Part shown: in pieces, positions 48,846 to 58,973 of the stretch
How positions within the stretch are numbered: the first letter of the stretch is position 1
Layout of the letters: each line of letters opens with the position of its first letter
Assembly: GCA_963754655.1 (NCBI GenBank)
Contig: CAVWGN010000001.1
Location: 2,528,001 to 2,592,000 of the forward strand
Source: an uncultured Chlamydiae bacterium
GTDB lineage: Bacteria; Chlamydiota; Chlamydiia; Chlamydiales; Parachlamydiaceae
Length of the DNA stretch: 64,000 nucleotides
Direction of reading: 5' to 3'
Notes under the pieces: generated by a model
The model's database searches: none
Seen by the model: only the letters and a program-made list of their open reading frames with translations
Told to the model about the DNA's origin: nothing
Translations under genes and position numbers: made by a program

Positions 48846-49988
48846 TTAAAATAAAATGCTTACTCCGTGCAGTTGCAGGCTGTGCAAATTATGGCAATTG
48901 CTACAATTAAGCTTTTGCACATTTGGCAGCTCAGGCAAGCTTTGCAGATTAGAGCAATGGGTGCAGTCAAGCTCTTGCACATTTGGCAGCTCAGGCAGGC
49001 TTTCCAGATTAGAGCATCCGCTGCAGTTAAGCTTTTGCACATTTGGCAACTCAGGCAAGCTTTCCAGATTAGAGCATTCGCTGCAGTTAAGCTTTTGCAC
49101 ATTTGGCAACTCAGGCAAGCTTTCCAGATCAAAGCACTCCCAGCAGTCAAGCTTTTGCACATTTGGCAACTCAGGCAAGCTTTGCAGATTATAGCATTCG
49201 CTGCAGTTAAGTTCTTGCACATTTGGCAGCTCAGGCAAGCTTTCCAGATCAAAGCACTCCCAGCAGTCAAGCTTTTGCACATTTGGCAGCTCAGGCAGGC
49301 TTTGCAGATTAACGCACCCGCTGCAGTCAAGCTTTTGCACATTTGGCAGCTCAGGCAAGCTTTGCAGATTAGAGCAATGGCTGCAGGTAAGCTCTTGCAT
49401 ATTTGGCAGCTCAGGCAAGCTTTGCAGATTATCGCACCAGCTGCAGTCAAGTTTTATGAGATTGCTTGCCTGAATTGGTAAATTTCTTATTTTATCCGAT
49501 TTAATTATTAATTGATTAAGATTGGGACACTTGGTAAATAATTCTTTAATGTCATTTTCCTCTAAGTCTGGGAATTCTCTTAGATTTGCTCCTGTCAGAT
49601 CATGATCAATCACATACTGGACAGCCTCTTTTGCATTTTTGCATTTATATTTTTTAAGAGAAACCAGTTGCTCGCTAGCCCATTCTTTTTCCTCATCTTT
49701 TGCAATCTCACTCAATTGCTTCGAGGAAAAATACATCTCTTCCAATCCACTTTGAACACCTCCCTTTTTGTAAGGAATGTCAAAATTGCGTGGAGGAATA
49801 TGGGAACAAATTTTCCGCCATACTTCTTCCGGCAATTGAGGAAGCTCGTTGCTAGTAGAGAACATACTCTGCGCGATATTCATTATCTTCATCACGTCTG
49901 TTTGAATTTCTTCTGGAATTAATGACAAACCCTCTGGTCTAGATTGATCCTCTAAAACATTAAAGTGATTGCTACTTATTGTTTTCAT
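48846..49988 (-). CDS. F-box-like/LRR protein, 20-aa repeat family, copy 2
   Basis: Tandem paralogue of 47526-48668. Confidence 0.9.
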   Translation of the reverse strand: MKTISSNHFNVLEDQSRPEGLSLIPEEIQTDVMKIMNIAQSMFSTSNELPQLPEEVWRKICSHIPPRNFDIPYKKGGVQSGLEEMYFSSKQLSEIAKDEEKEWASEQLVSLKKYKCKNAKEAVQYVIDHDLTGANLREFPDLEENDIKELFTKCPNLNQLIIKSDKIRNLPIQASNLIKLDCSWCDNLQSLPELPNMQELTCSHCSNLQSLPELPNVQKLDCSGCVNLQSLPELPNVQKLDCWECFDLESLPELPNVQELNCSECYNLQSLPELPNVQKLDCWECFDLESLPELPNVQKLNCSECSNLESLPELPNVQKLNCSGCSNLESLPELPNVQELDCTHCSNLQSLPELPNVQKLNCSNCHNLHSLQLHGVSILF

Positions 49989-50304
49989 TTTAAATCCTGT
50001 TAAATTAAAATTAGTTAAATTCTTAGTATTAATACAAAAAAAATTAACATCATTATCTGAGATTGATAAATAATTGTAAATTAACTAATTTTTTTAATTT
50101 ATTTTCATATGTCAGTAGTGAGAAAAACAGTTAATAGGCGATGCCCTCGTGTATGAATGTTAATATCAGATTATTCTTAAAGAGCAAGGTCTTGTTAAAA
50201 CTTTCGCCAATCCTTCTCAGACAATAAGTCAGCGTTGCGGAAAACAGCTTGCTGATTTATCGCTGAATAAAATAAGATTTGAAAAAATTCTGATTCTTCT
50301 CTAC

Positions 50305-51510
50305 TTAAGTGATTGAGTTTTCTACAAGAGATTTATGCTGTTTAGGTTTCTTGAACAAAGCCTCAAAAGTTTGCTTTTGCTCTACTACTTGTTGATGTTG
50401 AATGGCGTGTACTTCATTCAGAATTTGAGCCATTTCTTTTTCATCAACAACTGTTCCCTTCTTTTTCCCTTCTACGTCTTTAGTGATGACATATTTACCA
50501 TCCTGAGTGCGTATAATGGCATTTTTCCATGTTTGTTCTCCTTCTGGAAAAAGAGATGGCATGCGCTTGGGATTGCCTGTTAGCCCTATTTTTTCAAGCG
50601 GGGATAGGGTTTCAACGGGAAGTAAAGAATGATTCGCAAGCAACCTGATCAATTTACGAATTTTTTTTGCTTTCTGACGAGGATTAATACGCGATAAATC
50701 AATCATGCCTTTGCGAATAATTTCTTTTTCTTCCTCTGTGCATAGATATCCATCAGGAAACACCACTTGGCCATCGCTACACTCAATCATGTAAGACTCT
50801 GCTAGTGTCTCTACCATTTTGTATGTCTTTTTTTGCAAGGCATCGTCATCGGCATCTATTTGATCGACTTGATGGCAAAGTTCAATGAGTTTACAGATCA
50901 AATCATATTTTGCCGCTCCTGCAAAAATGTCTTTCATATCTTCAGGAGACATTAAACGTCCAAAGGCATCGCGCAAGCGCCCCGTTTCTGCATCTACTGT
51001 AAATAGCTGATCGATTGACAATTTAGAGAGCTGTTGTAGCTTGCGTGGGTCAAACATTGCTTTTTGATAAGCTAAAGAAACTAAGCAAATCAATGTGGGC
51101 GCTGCCACTGATACTGCTGTTCCAGTCATCAACGTCATGTAAGGCAAAAGGGCAGGGGTAATAGTCAATTTTAATGTTTCAGCTACTGTTTTCCCAGTGA
51201 TTCCAGTCATAATATTTTTGATCCTATCCCAAAAAGAAGGGGGTCTCATTTCTGGTTGAAAAAAACGTCTTACAACAAAGTCAATGGCACTATTGCTCCA
51301 TTGAGCTCCATAAGTTAAAGCCAAATGCTCACCTGCCTTATATCCCACTGTTTGAGAAGTGGGGAAATAACTGCAAATACGCGCCCATAAACCCGGACCT
51401 TTTACTAAATGTACCTGTTTTCCAAAGCTATCTCCAATTTTTACTCCATATTCGCGTAAAACTGCTTGATTTTCATAAGTATGGGGAAGGTAAGTTTTAT
51501 TAATCATCAA
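50305..51510 (-). CDS. Hypothetical protein
   Basis: 401 aa ORF with GAGG RBS and a central hydrophobic segment. Confidence 0.75.
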   Translation of the reverse strand: MMINKTYLPHTYENQAVLREYGVKIGDSFGKQVHLVKGPGLWARICSYFPTSQTVGYKAGEHLALTYGAQWSNSAIDFVVRRFFQPEMRPPSFWDRIKNIMTGITGKTVAETLKLTITPALLPYMTLMTGTAVSVAAPTLICLVSLAYQKAMFDPRKLQQLSKLSIDQLFTVDAETGRLRDAFGRLMSPEDMKDIFAGAAKYDLICKLIELCHQVDQIDADDDALQKKTYKMVETLAESYMIECSDGQVVFPDGYLCTEEEKEIIRKGMIDLSRINPRQKAKKIRKLIRLLANHSLLPVETLSPLEKIGLTGNPKRMPSLFPEGEQTWKNAIIRTQDGKYVITKDVEGKKKGTVVDEKEMAQILNEVHAIQHQQVVEQKQTFEALFKKPKQHKSLVENSIT

Positions 51511-51730
51511 TTCCTCTCTTTATTTTTATTATATAAATAATTAAACAGACACTTATTTTAAGCAAAAATTAATAAATGATTAGAAAAAACAAGTAAAGAA
51601 ACTATTAATTTTATTAGATTAAATCAATATAAGTAAGATTTAAAATTACACTATTGAATTTAAAAAACAGTTAATTTAGACTGGAAGCGAAGAATTTTAA
51701 AAATTATCTATTAGCTAGGAGAGCTCTTGC

Positions 51731-53155
51731 ATGTTGCCCATGTATAAAAATCCAGATCAGTCCAGCAAGCCTACGCCCGCTGTTGCCCAAGAATCAGAAG
51801 ATGAACGTGTATTGAATTTTCGCTTTGATGGTAATAAGATTAACTTTATTAGCTTAGGCTGTCCGCGGAATTTGGTTGATAGCGAAGTGATGTTAGGCAT
51901 TCTTTTGCAGGCAGGGTATGAGGTTGCGCCCTCTTTAGAAGAAGCCGATTATATTGTCATTAATACCTGTGGCTTCTTAGAAGCTTCTCGGCAAGAATCA
52001 AGAGATACAGTCCGTGAGACTCTAGCTCAGCGCAAAAAAACAGCTAAGCTTATTGTCACAGGCTGCATGGTACAAACGCATAGCCAAGAAATGAAAGAGA
52101 CATTTCCAGGGATTGATTATTTGCTAGGTTCTGGAGATGTCAATGGTATTTTAGATGCTGTTCAATCCACGCAAAAGGGTGAACGCATTACGACTGCACG
52201 CAGCTATCTTGAAGCTGGCGAAGTGCCGCGCCGCTTATCGACTCCCAAGCATTATGCCTATTTAAAAATAGCAGAAGGCTGTCGAAAGCGTTGTGCTTAC
52301 TGTGTGATCCCTACGATTAAGGGACCGTTGAAAAGTAAAAGCCAAGAACAAATCCTCAAAGAATTCCATCTTTTACTGAATCAAGGGGTACAAGAAATCA
52401 TTTTGATTGCGCAAGATTTAGGTGATTATGGCAAAGATCAGGGCTCAAAAAATTTAACTGCTTTACTCGATTTACTTCGCAAAATATTAAGCATTGATCA
52501 ACCTTTCTGGCTGCGCCTTCTCTATCTTTATCCGGATGAAATCACTGATGAGCTGATTGCTCTTATGAAGAGCGACAAGCGCATTTGCTCTTATCTGGAT
52601 ATGCCCATCCAACACGTCAATAATCAAATCCTTAAAGCTATGCGACGCACAACTTCTAAAGAAGACATCATCCACACGTTGACCCATTTACGCCAAGAAA
52701 TACCTGAGGTGGTGATTCGCACAAGTTTGATTGTTGGTTTTCCAGGAGAGACTGAAGAGCAATTTGAAGAGCTTGTTCAATTCATTCAAGACTATCCTTT
52801 GGATAACGTAGGAATTTTTAAGTTTTCACGCGAGCCAGGCTCTCATGCTTATTCTCTTCCTGATCAAATTTCAGAAGAGGTGAAGAATAAACGCTATCAC
52901 CGTTTGATGCAGGTTCAGAAAAAAAGAGTGAAAAAGCTGCAGAAAAAGATGATTGGAAAGCAATTGCCTGTCTTTGTAGAAGGCTATCATCCCGAGTCCA
53001 ATTTGCTGATGATTGGCCGCCACTATGGACAATGCCCTGATATTGATGGGCAAGTCATTATCAATGATGGACGCAAAGTCAAAGCTTTTGGTCAATTATA
53101 TACAGTTGAAATTACCGATATCGCAGATTATGACCTTATCGGCAAGGTCATTTAG
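51731..53155 (+). CDS. rimO: Ribosomal protein S12 methylthiotransferase
   Basis: SLGCPRNLVDSE, NTCGF, AYLKIAEGCRKRCAYC radical SAM motif, TRAM domain with PDIDG. Confidence 0.95.
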   Translation: MLPMYKNPDQSSKPTPAVAQESEDERVLNFRFDGNKINFISLGCPRNLVDSEVMLGILLQAGYEVAPSLEEADYIVINTCGFLEASRQESRDTVRETLAQRKKTAKLIVTGCMVQTHSQEMKETFPGIDYLLGSGDVNGILDAVQSTQKGERITTARSYLEAGEVPRRLSTPKHYAYLKIAEGCRKRCAYCVIPTIKGPLKSKSQEQILKEFHLLLNQGVQEIILIAQDLGDYGKDQGSKNLTALLDLLRKILSIDQPFWLRLLYLYPDEITDELIALMKSDKRICSYLDMPIQHVNNQILKAMRRTTSKEDIIHTLTHLRQEIPEVVIRTSLIVGFPGETEEQFEELVQFIQDYPLDNVGIFKFSREPGSHAYSLPDQISEEVKNKRYHRLMQVQKKRVKKLQKKMIGKQLPVFVEGYHPESNLLMIGRHYGQCPDIDGQVIINDGRKVKAFGQLYTVEITDIADYDLIGKVI

Positions 53156-53239
53156 AGAACAACTCATGTCATGTCTGGAGAGAAAAGATTGAATCGGCTA
53201 TAACCGAAATAAATTCTTTCTTGGCAAAGGAGTTAAGCT

Positions 53240-53425
53240 ATGTGGCAAGCAATTAAAAAGTTTAAAAACGCTCATCGACAAACTCAGTTTTTTATTTTCA
53301 TGTGGGCGATTTATCTGATTGCTCTTGTATGGACGACAGCCCAAGCTTATGCAAGATTGGCCTATAGTCGCAGCGATCTTACTCCACCCATCGTGATTAA
53401 AATTCCACCCCCTGATCATAAATAA
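53240..53425 (+). CDS. Small hypothetical membrane protein
   Basis: AAGGAG RBS, one TM helix, 5 bp before lysS. Confidence 0.7.
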   Translation: MWQAIKKFKNAHRQTQFFIFMWAIYLIALVWTTAQAYARLAYSRSDLTPPIVIKIPPPDHK

Positions 53426-53430
53426 AATGG

Positions 53431-55023
53431 ATGACCATGACTAAATTACCCGAGTATCACCAACAAGAAGAATTTCAAAATCGCACACGCAAATTAGCTG
53501 AAATTCGTCAAGCAAATGTTGAACCTTATCCGCATAAATACACTCCAACAAATACAGCTTTGCAGCTTCATCAACAATTTAATCAAATCGATGTTGGCCA
53601 CAGCGATGATGCCGCAGCTGGAACAACAGAACCAGTTCGCGTTGCAGGCCGCCTTGTCTTGTTTCGCTCAATGGGCAAAAACAGTTTTGCTCATTTGCAA
53701 GACGAAACAGGCCGCATTCAAATCTTATTTAATCGCGATGCCACACAAGTTACCGGATATCAGCCAGAGGGAAAAGATGCGGAGATCACTCCTTATAAAT
53801 TTATTGAGAAAAAAATTGACTTAGGAGACATCATTGGAGTAGAAGGACATCTTTTCCGCACTCAAAAAGGTGAACTGACTATTTTTGCCAAGGAAGTCAC
53901 GCTCTTAAGCAAAACATTGCTTCCTCTGGCAGATAAACACAGCGGATTAGCAGATAAAGAATTGCGCTATCGCAAGCGCTGGCTAGATCTTATTTCTCAT
54001 CCCGAAATCAGTCAACTTTTTCGCACACGCACGCATCTCCTTCAGGTGCTTCGCAATTTTTTCCATCATCATCAATTTTTAGAAGTAGAAACGCCTATCT
54101 TACAAAGCATCTATGGAGGAGCCGAAGCGCGCCCTTTTAAAACGACTCTTCATGCTCTTGATCAAGAAATGTTTTTGCGAATTTCGCTAGAGATCCCTCT
54201 CAAAAAACTCATTGTCGGCGGTATGCATCGCATTTATGAAATGGGACGCGTTTTTCGCAACGAGGGCATCGACCGCAACCATAATCCCGAGTTTACTTTG
54301 CTAGAAGCCTATGCTGCTTACTGGGACTATCATGACATGATGTCATTTGTTGAGAATTTATTTGAGCATTTAGCTCTAGATTTATACGGGTCGACGCTTG
54401 TTCCCTATACTCCACCGGATGGAGGAGAAGTTTTGCAGGTGGATATGAAAGCACCTTGGAAGCGCATGAGTATGAAAGAAAGCCTTAAACACTATGCCAA
54501 TTTAGATGTAGAGACTTTAAGCGATGAACAAATACGCGAAATGCTTAAAGCAAGCGGGCATTGCGATGTTAAAAAATTGGCAGGCCTTAGCCATGGTTTA
54601 CTTATTGCAGCCCTTTTTGAAGTTTTTGTTGAGCCTCATTTAATTCAACCCCATCATATTTATGATCATCCCATTGAAACAACTCCCCTGTGTAAACCTC
54701 ATCGCGATCCAAAATTGAGAGCGGAAGGGCTTGTCGAACGCTTTGAAAGTTTTATTCTCACTCAAGAAATTTGTAATGCCTATAGTGAACTTAACGATCC
54801 CGAAATTCAGCGCCGTTTGCTTGAACATCAAGCTCAACGACGCGAAGCTGGGGATGAAGAGGCAAGCCCATTGGATGAAGAATTCATTGAAGCCATTTGC
54901 CAGGGCATGCCTCCTACTGGGGGAATTGGAATTGGAATCGACCGCTTGATTATGATTATGACGAATTCACATTCTATCCGAGATGTCTTATATTTTCCCT
55001 GGATGAAGCCTTTACAAACATAA
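53431..55023 (+). CDS. lysS: Lysyl-tRNA synthetase (class II)
   Basis: OB fold, FLEVETP, FRNEGID..HNPEF, MPPTGGIGIGIDRL. Confidence 0.97.
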   Translation: MTMTKLPEYHQQEEFQNRTRKLAEIRQANVEPYPHKYTPTNTALQLHQQFNQIDVGHSDDAAAGTTEPVRVAGRLVLFRSMGKNSFAHLQDETGRIQILFNRDATQVTGYQPEGKDAEITPYKFIEKKIDLGDIIGVEGHLFRTQKGELTIFAKEVTLLSKTLLPLADKHSGLADKELRYRKRWLDLISHPEISQLFRTRTHLLQVLRNFFHHHQFLEVETPILQSIYGGAEARPFKTTLHALDQEMFLRISLEIPLKKLIVGGMHRIYEMGRVFRNEGIDRNHNPEFTLLEAYAAYWDYHDMMSFVENLFEHLALDLYGSTLVPYTPPDGGEVLQVDMKAPWKRMSMKESLKHYANLDVETLSDEQIREMLKASGHCDVKKLAGLSHGLLIAALFEVFVEPHLIQPHHIYDHPIETTPLCKPHRDPKLRAEGLVERFESFILTQEICNAYSELNDPEIQRRLLEHQAQRREAGDEEASPLDEEFIEAICQGMPPTGGIGIGIDRLIMIMTNSHSIRDVLYFPWMKPLQT

Positions 55024-55468
55024 TTCGGAAGTAAGGAAACAAACAGTGGACTTTTGGCAGTGACACTGCATTTTTTTTTCTTATTCGTTTGCCGCTGTGG
55101 CGAGCACAAGGCAAGAATATAAGATGTCCATGCTGGAGAAAATACCTCCATAGATGGGTGGAGCGAATTTATATTTGTTCAAGGTAAAAGACCGAACAGC
55201 AACATTTATTTTAACGAATTAAAGTGACTGCCTTCTTCTACTCCTTAACGTCATATCTAAAAGTATTATCTCTTATCTTGTCATAATAGGTGCCGGATGC
55301 TGGCCATTAATCAAAGCTTTAAAAATATAGGCTTGGCTTTTAACACTGAAAGAATACGAATAGTATTTTATTAATGAAAATTTTATTTTATAATTTTTTA
55401 GTTTAGTGTAAAAAAGTTTTTGTTGACATTAAATTAAATTTATTTTAAAACTTTTATTAAATTTTAAA

Positions 55469-56401
55469 ATGGAATTTTATATGAATACGGAAATTTCAAA
55501 TAATTATACTCAACAATTAATTACCTCGTCTTTGGATGATGTGAAAACAAAATCTGTGAAACAGTCCTCGAAAAAAAAATGGACAGATGCTGAAAATATT
55601 CAATTGAGCAATTATATAAAAGAATATGGAAAGAACTGGAAGAGAATTGCAGAGAAGATACCTGGTACAACTCATCAGCAATGTGCTTATCATTGGAAAG
55701 TTGCATTGAACTCTGAAATTAAGCATGGAGAGTGGTCGCAAGAGGAAGACGAGAAATTGAAACAACTTGTAGAGCAAGGGGGAGAAAGATGGTCAGAGAT
55801 AGCCAAACAGATTCCGGGTAGGACTAATCAGCAATGTAGGAAGCACTACCATGCGCGTTTAAATCCATTTATCAAACATGGAAAATGGACAAAAGAGGAA
55901 GATGATCAATTAAAACAAGTCGTTCAACGCCTCGGACAGGATAAATGGGATCTCATTGCAAAGGAATTGTCTAATAAAACAAATCAACAATGTGCAAATC
56001 GTTGGCAAGTATTATATCCAAAATATAATAAGCAGCGCCCTAGAAGTGAAACAAATTCTCCTATTGAAGAAAGGCCTTCAAAAAAATTTAAAAAAAATCA
56101 TTCTTCTGACGTATCGGATTTGAATGAAAATAGAATTGCTTTAAATCCGAATTCTACAGAATTAGATCAGCCCCAACCCCAGCTTCCACCTCAACCGATT
56201 TTATTAAATGAACCTATTCCTAAACAATTAGAGCAACAACCTCAAGATATCCGTGTTTTGGATTCTATTTTTCAACAATCGTTGACCTGTCATAACGAGC
56301 TCTTTACTTTTGAATCGTACCCCTCTTTTACGAATCAGGATTTGACTTTTGAAGAATTAGACAAAAATCTTTCGTTTTCTTGGATAGATGATCTTAACTA
56401 A
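55469..56401 (+). CDS. Three-repeat Myb/SANT DNA-binding protein (eukaryote-like)
   Basis: Three W-x(18-19)-W-x18-W/Y repeats (WTDAEN, WSQEED, WTKEED; IAxxxxxxTxQQC), basic RPSKKFKK and an acidic C-terminus. Confidence 0.9.
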   Translation: MEFYMNTEISNNYTQQLITSSLDDVKTKSVKQSSKKKWTDAENIQLSNYIKEYGKNWKRIAEKIPGTTHQQCAYHWKVALNSEIKHGEWSQEEDEKLKQLVEQGGERWSEIAKQIPGRTNQQCRKHYHARLNPFIKHGKWTKEEDDQLKQVVQRLGQDKWDLIAKELSNKTNQQCANRWQVLYPKYNKQRPRSETNSPIEERPSKKFKKNHSSDVSDLNENRIALNPNSTELDQPQPQLPPQPILLNEPIPKQLEQQPQDIRVLDSIFQQSLTCHNELFTFESYPSFTNQDLTFEELDKNLSFSWIDDLN

Positions 56402-56719
56402 GACTTAATTAGGATAACGCGATGTGCGAATTTTCCAAAGGAAAATTACATGCAAATTAACGGACGACAAGGTACTCAAGTTACAAAGGCTCATGGCCTC
56501 TATCTATATTTACTTTGATGTAAATGAAATAGATAGAGAAGTTGTTGAACTTATTATATTACGAGGGAGGATATTTAACGTTCTTCATCAAATCATAAAA
56601 TAGACTTTTTGCGTAATTAAAACGTCCAGCGATCAAGCGAGGAAATCAAATCCAGCGTAACGAATTCGAAAGGAAGGAAGTTTTTTACCCTTTCTGAGCA
56701 TCTAGCTGGATGAAGTCAT

Positions 56720-57919
56720 TCAACGGAAAATTATTACTTCTTTTGGCAGCTCAGGCAAGCTTTGCAGATTAGAGCAAAAGCGGCGGTCAAGCTCTTGCAC
56801 ATTTGGCAGCTCAGGCAGGCTTTGCAGATTAAAACAAAAGCAGCAGTTAAGCTCTTGCACATTTGGCAGCTCAGGCAGGCTTAACAGATTAGCGCACCAG
56901 CTGCAATTAAGCTCTTGCACCTTTGGCAGCAGCTCAGGCAAGCTTTGCAGGTTATCGCAATCGCGGCAGTTAAGCACTTGCACATTTGGCAGCTCAGGCA
57001 GTCTTTGCAGATTAGAGCATTCGCGGCAGTTAAGCACTTGCACATTTGGCAGCTCAGGCAGCCTTTGCAGATTAGAGCAATTGCTGCAGTTAAGCACTTG
57101 CACATTTGGCAGCTCAGGTAGTCTTTGCAGATTAGGACAAAAGCAGCAGTCAAACTCTCGCACCTTTAGCAGCTCAGGCAGCCTTTGCAGATTAGGGCAA
57201 AAGCAGCAGTTAAGCTCTTGCACCTTTGGCAGCTCAGGCAAGCTTTGCAGATTATCGCAATCGCGGCAGTCAAGCTTTTGCACATTTGGCAGCTCAGGCA
57301 AGCTTTGCAGCTTAGTGCACCGGCTGCAGTCAAGCACTTGCACATTTGGCAGCTCAGACAGGCTTTGCAGATTAAAACATTCGCTGCAGTCCAGTCTTAT
57401 GAGATTGCTTGTCTGAGGTGGCAATTTTCTTATGTTATCGGATCTAATCGTTAATTGATTAAGATTTGGACACTTTTTAAACAATTCTTCAATGTCACTT
57501 TCCTCTAAATCCGGAAATTCTCTTAGATTTGCTCCTGTTAGATCATGATTGATCGCATACTGGATAGCCTCTTTTGCAGTGTTGCATCTATATTTTTTAA
57601 GAGAAACAAGCTGCTCGCTAGCCCATTCTTTTTCCTCATTTTTTGCAATCTTACTCAATTGCTTGGAGGAAAAATACATATTTTCTAATCCACTTTGCAC
57701 TCCTCCCTGTTTGTAAGGAATGTCTAAATTGCGTGGGGGAATATAGGAACAGATTTTCCGCCATAATTCTTCTGGCAATTGAAGGAGCTCGTTGCTGTTA
57801 GAAAACACGCTCTCAGCGATATTTATCATTTTCATCTCCTCTTTTTGAATATCTGGAATTGATGAAAAACTCTCTTGTCTAAATTGATCTTCTGAAATAG
57901 AAAATTGATTATTTATCAT
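56720..57919 (-). CDS. F-box-like/LRR protein, 20-aa repeat family, copy 3
   Basis: Paralogue of 47526-48668 with more repeats. Confidence 0.9.
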   Translation of the reverse strand: MINNQFSISEDQFRQESFSSIPDIQKEEMKMINIAESVFSNSNELLQLPEELWRKICSYIPPRNLDIPYKQGGVQSGLENMYFSSKQLSKIAKNEEKEWASEQLVSLKKYRCNTAKEAIQYAINHDLTGANLREFPDLEESDIEELFKKCPNLNQLTIRSDNIRKLPPQTSNLIRLDCSECFNLQSLSELPNVQVLDCSRCTKLQSLPELPNVQKLDCRDCDNLQSLPELPKVQELNCCFCPNLQRLPELLKVREFDCCFCPNLQRLPELPNVQVLNCSNCSNLQRLPELPNVQVLNCRECSNLQRLPELPNVQVLNCRDCDNLQSLPELLPKVQELNCSWCANLLSLPELPNVQELNCCFCFNLQSLPELPNVQELDRRFCSNLQSLPELPKEVIIFR

Positions 57920-58130
57920 TCTTAATCTTTAAATATTTAATTCAAAACGCTTATGTTAAATAACAAAAAAATAAATTAAATGTGATTATAATAAATAACT
58001 AATTAACTGTAAACTCTTATTCTTTTATTTATTTTTATGGGTATAATTAGTTATATTTTGTCGAGTACATAGATTACAGTGTCCAAGGACATAGTTTACA
58101 CTTGTTCAAGCAATAATGATAGTTGGTGTA

Positions 58131-58418
58131 TTGAGAGCCGAAGAGCTATCGAATGCTTTGAGCGTTTTATTCTCGCCAATAAATTTGTAATGCCTATAGT
58201 GAACTCAACGATTTCGAAATGCAATGATGACTGAAATCTCAAGCTCGGCGCGCCGCGAAGCTGAGGATGAAGAATTCATTGAGGCTATTTGCTAGAGAAT
58301 GCCTCCTACTGGTGGAATTAGAATTGGTATAGACTGCTTAGTTTTATGATCATGACCTATTCACATTTTATTCGAGGTATCTTATAATTTTCCTAAATGA
58401 AGCCTCTCTCTAACATAA
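58131..58418 (+). pseudogene. Decayed duplicate of the lysS 3' end
   Basis: Aligns to 54715-55023 (ATTTGTAATGCCTATAGTGAACT, GATGAAGAATTCATTGA, ATGCCTCCTACTGG, ...AACATAA) with indels and stops. Confidence 0.9.
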
Positions 58419-58439
58419 CTTAATTTAAGGAGATAGATA

Positions 58440-58718
58440 ATGGATTTTTGGCTTGTGCATGGCATTTTTTTTCTCATTTTCATTACTTTTTTTCCTCGTT
58501 TAACCATGTTATTTGCAATAACAGTTCACTTTGGCCTTTTAGGTTGGCTGGGTTGGCTTTTTGCCCCTCACCTAACTGTTGCCATTTTGGCTACAGAATA
58601 TTATTGGCAAACGAATCCGATTCTTTGCATTATTGCCTGGTTTATTGCTTTAGCAGGTACAGGGGGAGAATATAAGATGGTTCATGCTGGAGGAAGGCGT
58701 CGCCACTGGTGGGGCTAG
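58440..58718 (+). CDS. Small integral membrane protein
   Basis: AAGGAG RBS, 92 aa, hydrophobic (FPRLTMLF, LGWLFAPHL.VAILAT.YYW.TNP). Confidence 0.8.
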   Translation: MDFWLVHGIFFLIFITFFPRLTMLFAITVHFGLLGWLGWLFAPHLTVAILATEYYWQTNPILCIIAWFIALAGTGGEYKMVHAGGRRRHWWG

Positions 58719-58973
58719 TAACTGCTAAATAAAATCTAAGAAAACAGCTAATTTAAGCTAGCATTCCATTACATTAGTTTTAGCCTATTGGGACTGCTTC
58801 AAAGCCTTGGGGTTGGGATGAGAAAACAAAAAATATTTAATAACTTAATTATTATAAAACTTTTCCTTCTATTTTAAATTAAGTTGGCTTTTTAAAAGAA
58901 GTTATTTTAACTGATTGATCAAAATCCAAGGTGTTTTACTAAAAAAATTTGACACTGACTCTTACGTTGCATC

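Noticed and set aside
47560..49455. Regular 60 bp repeats with variable cores that look like a CRISPR array
   Set aside because: In-frame coding LRR repeats; the variable parts are short and related to each other, and no cas genes are present.
48856..49481. Long alternative-frame ORFs (196, 204 and 112 aa) over LRR copy 2
   Set aside because: Open only because the repeat unit lacks stop codons in those frames.
55423..55452. Sigma70-type promoter upstream of the Myb gene
   Set aside because: TTGACA is present, but the -10 match is weak and the region is so AT-rich that chance matches are expected.
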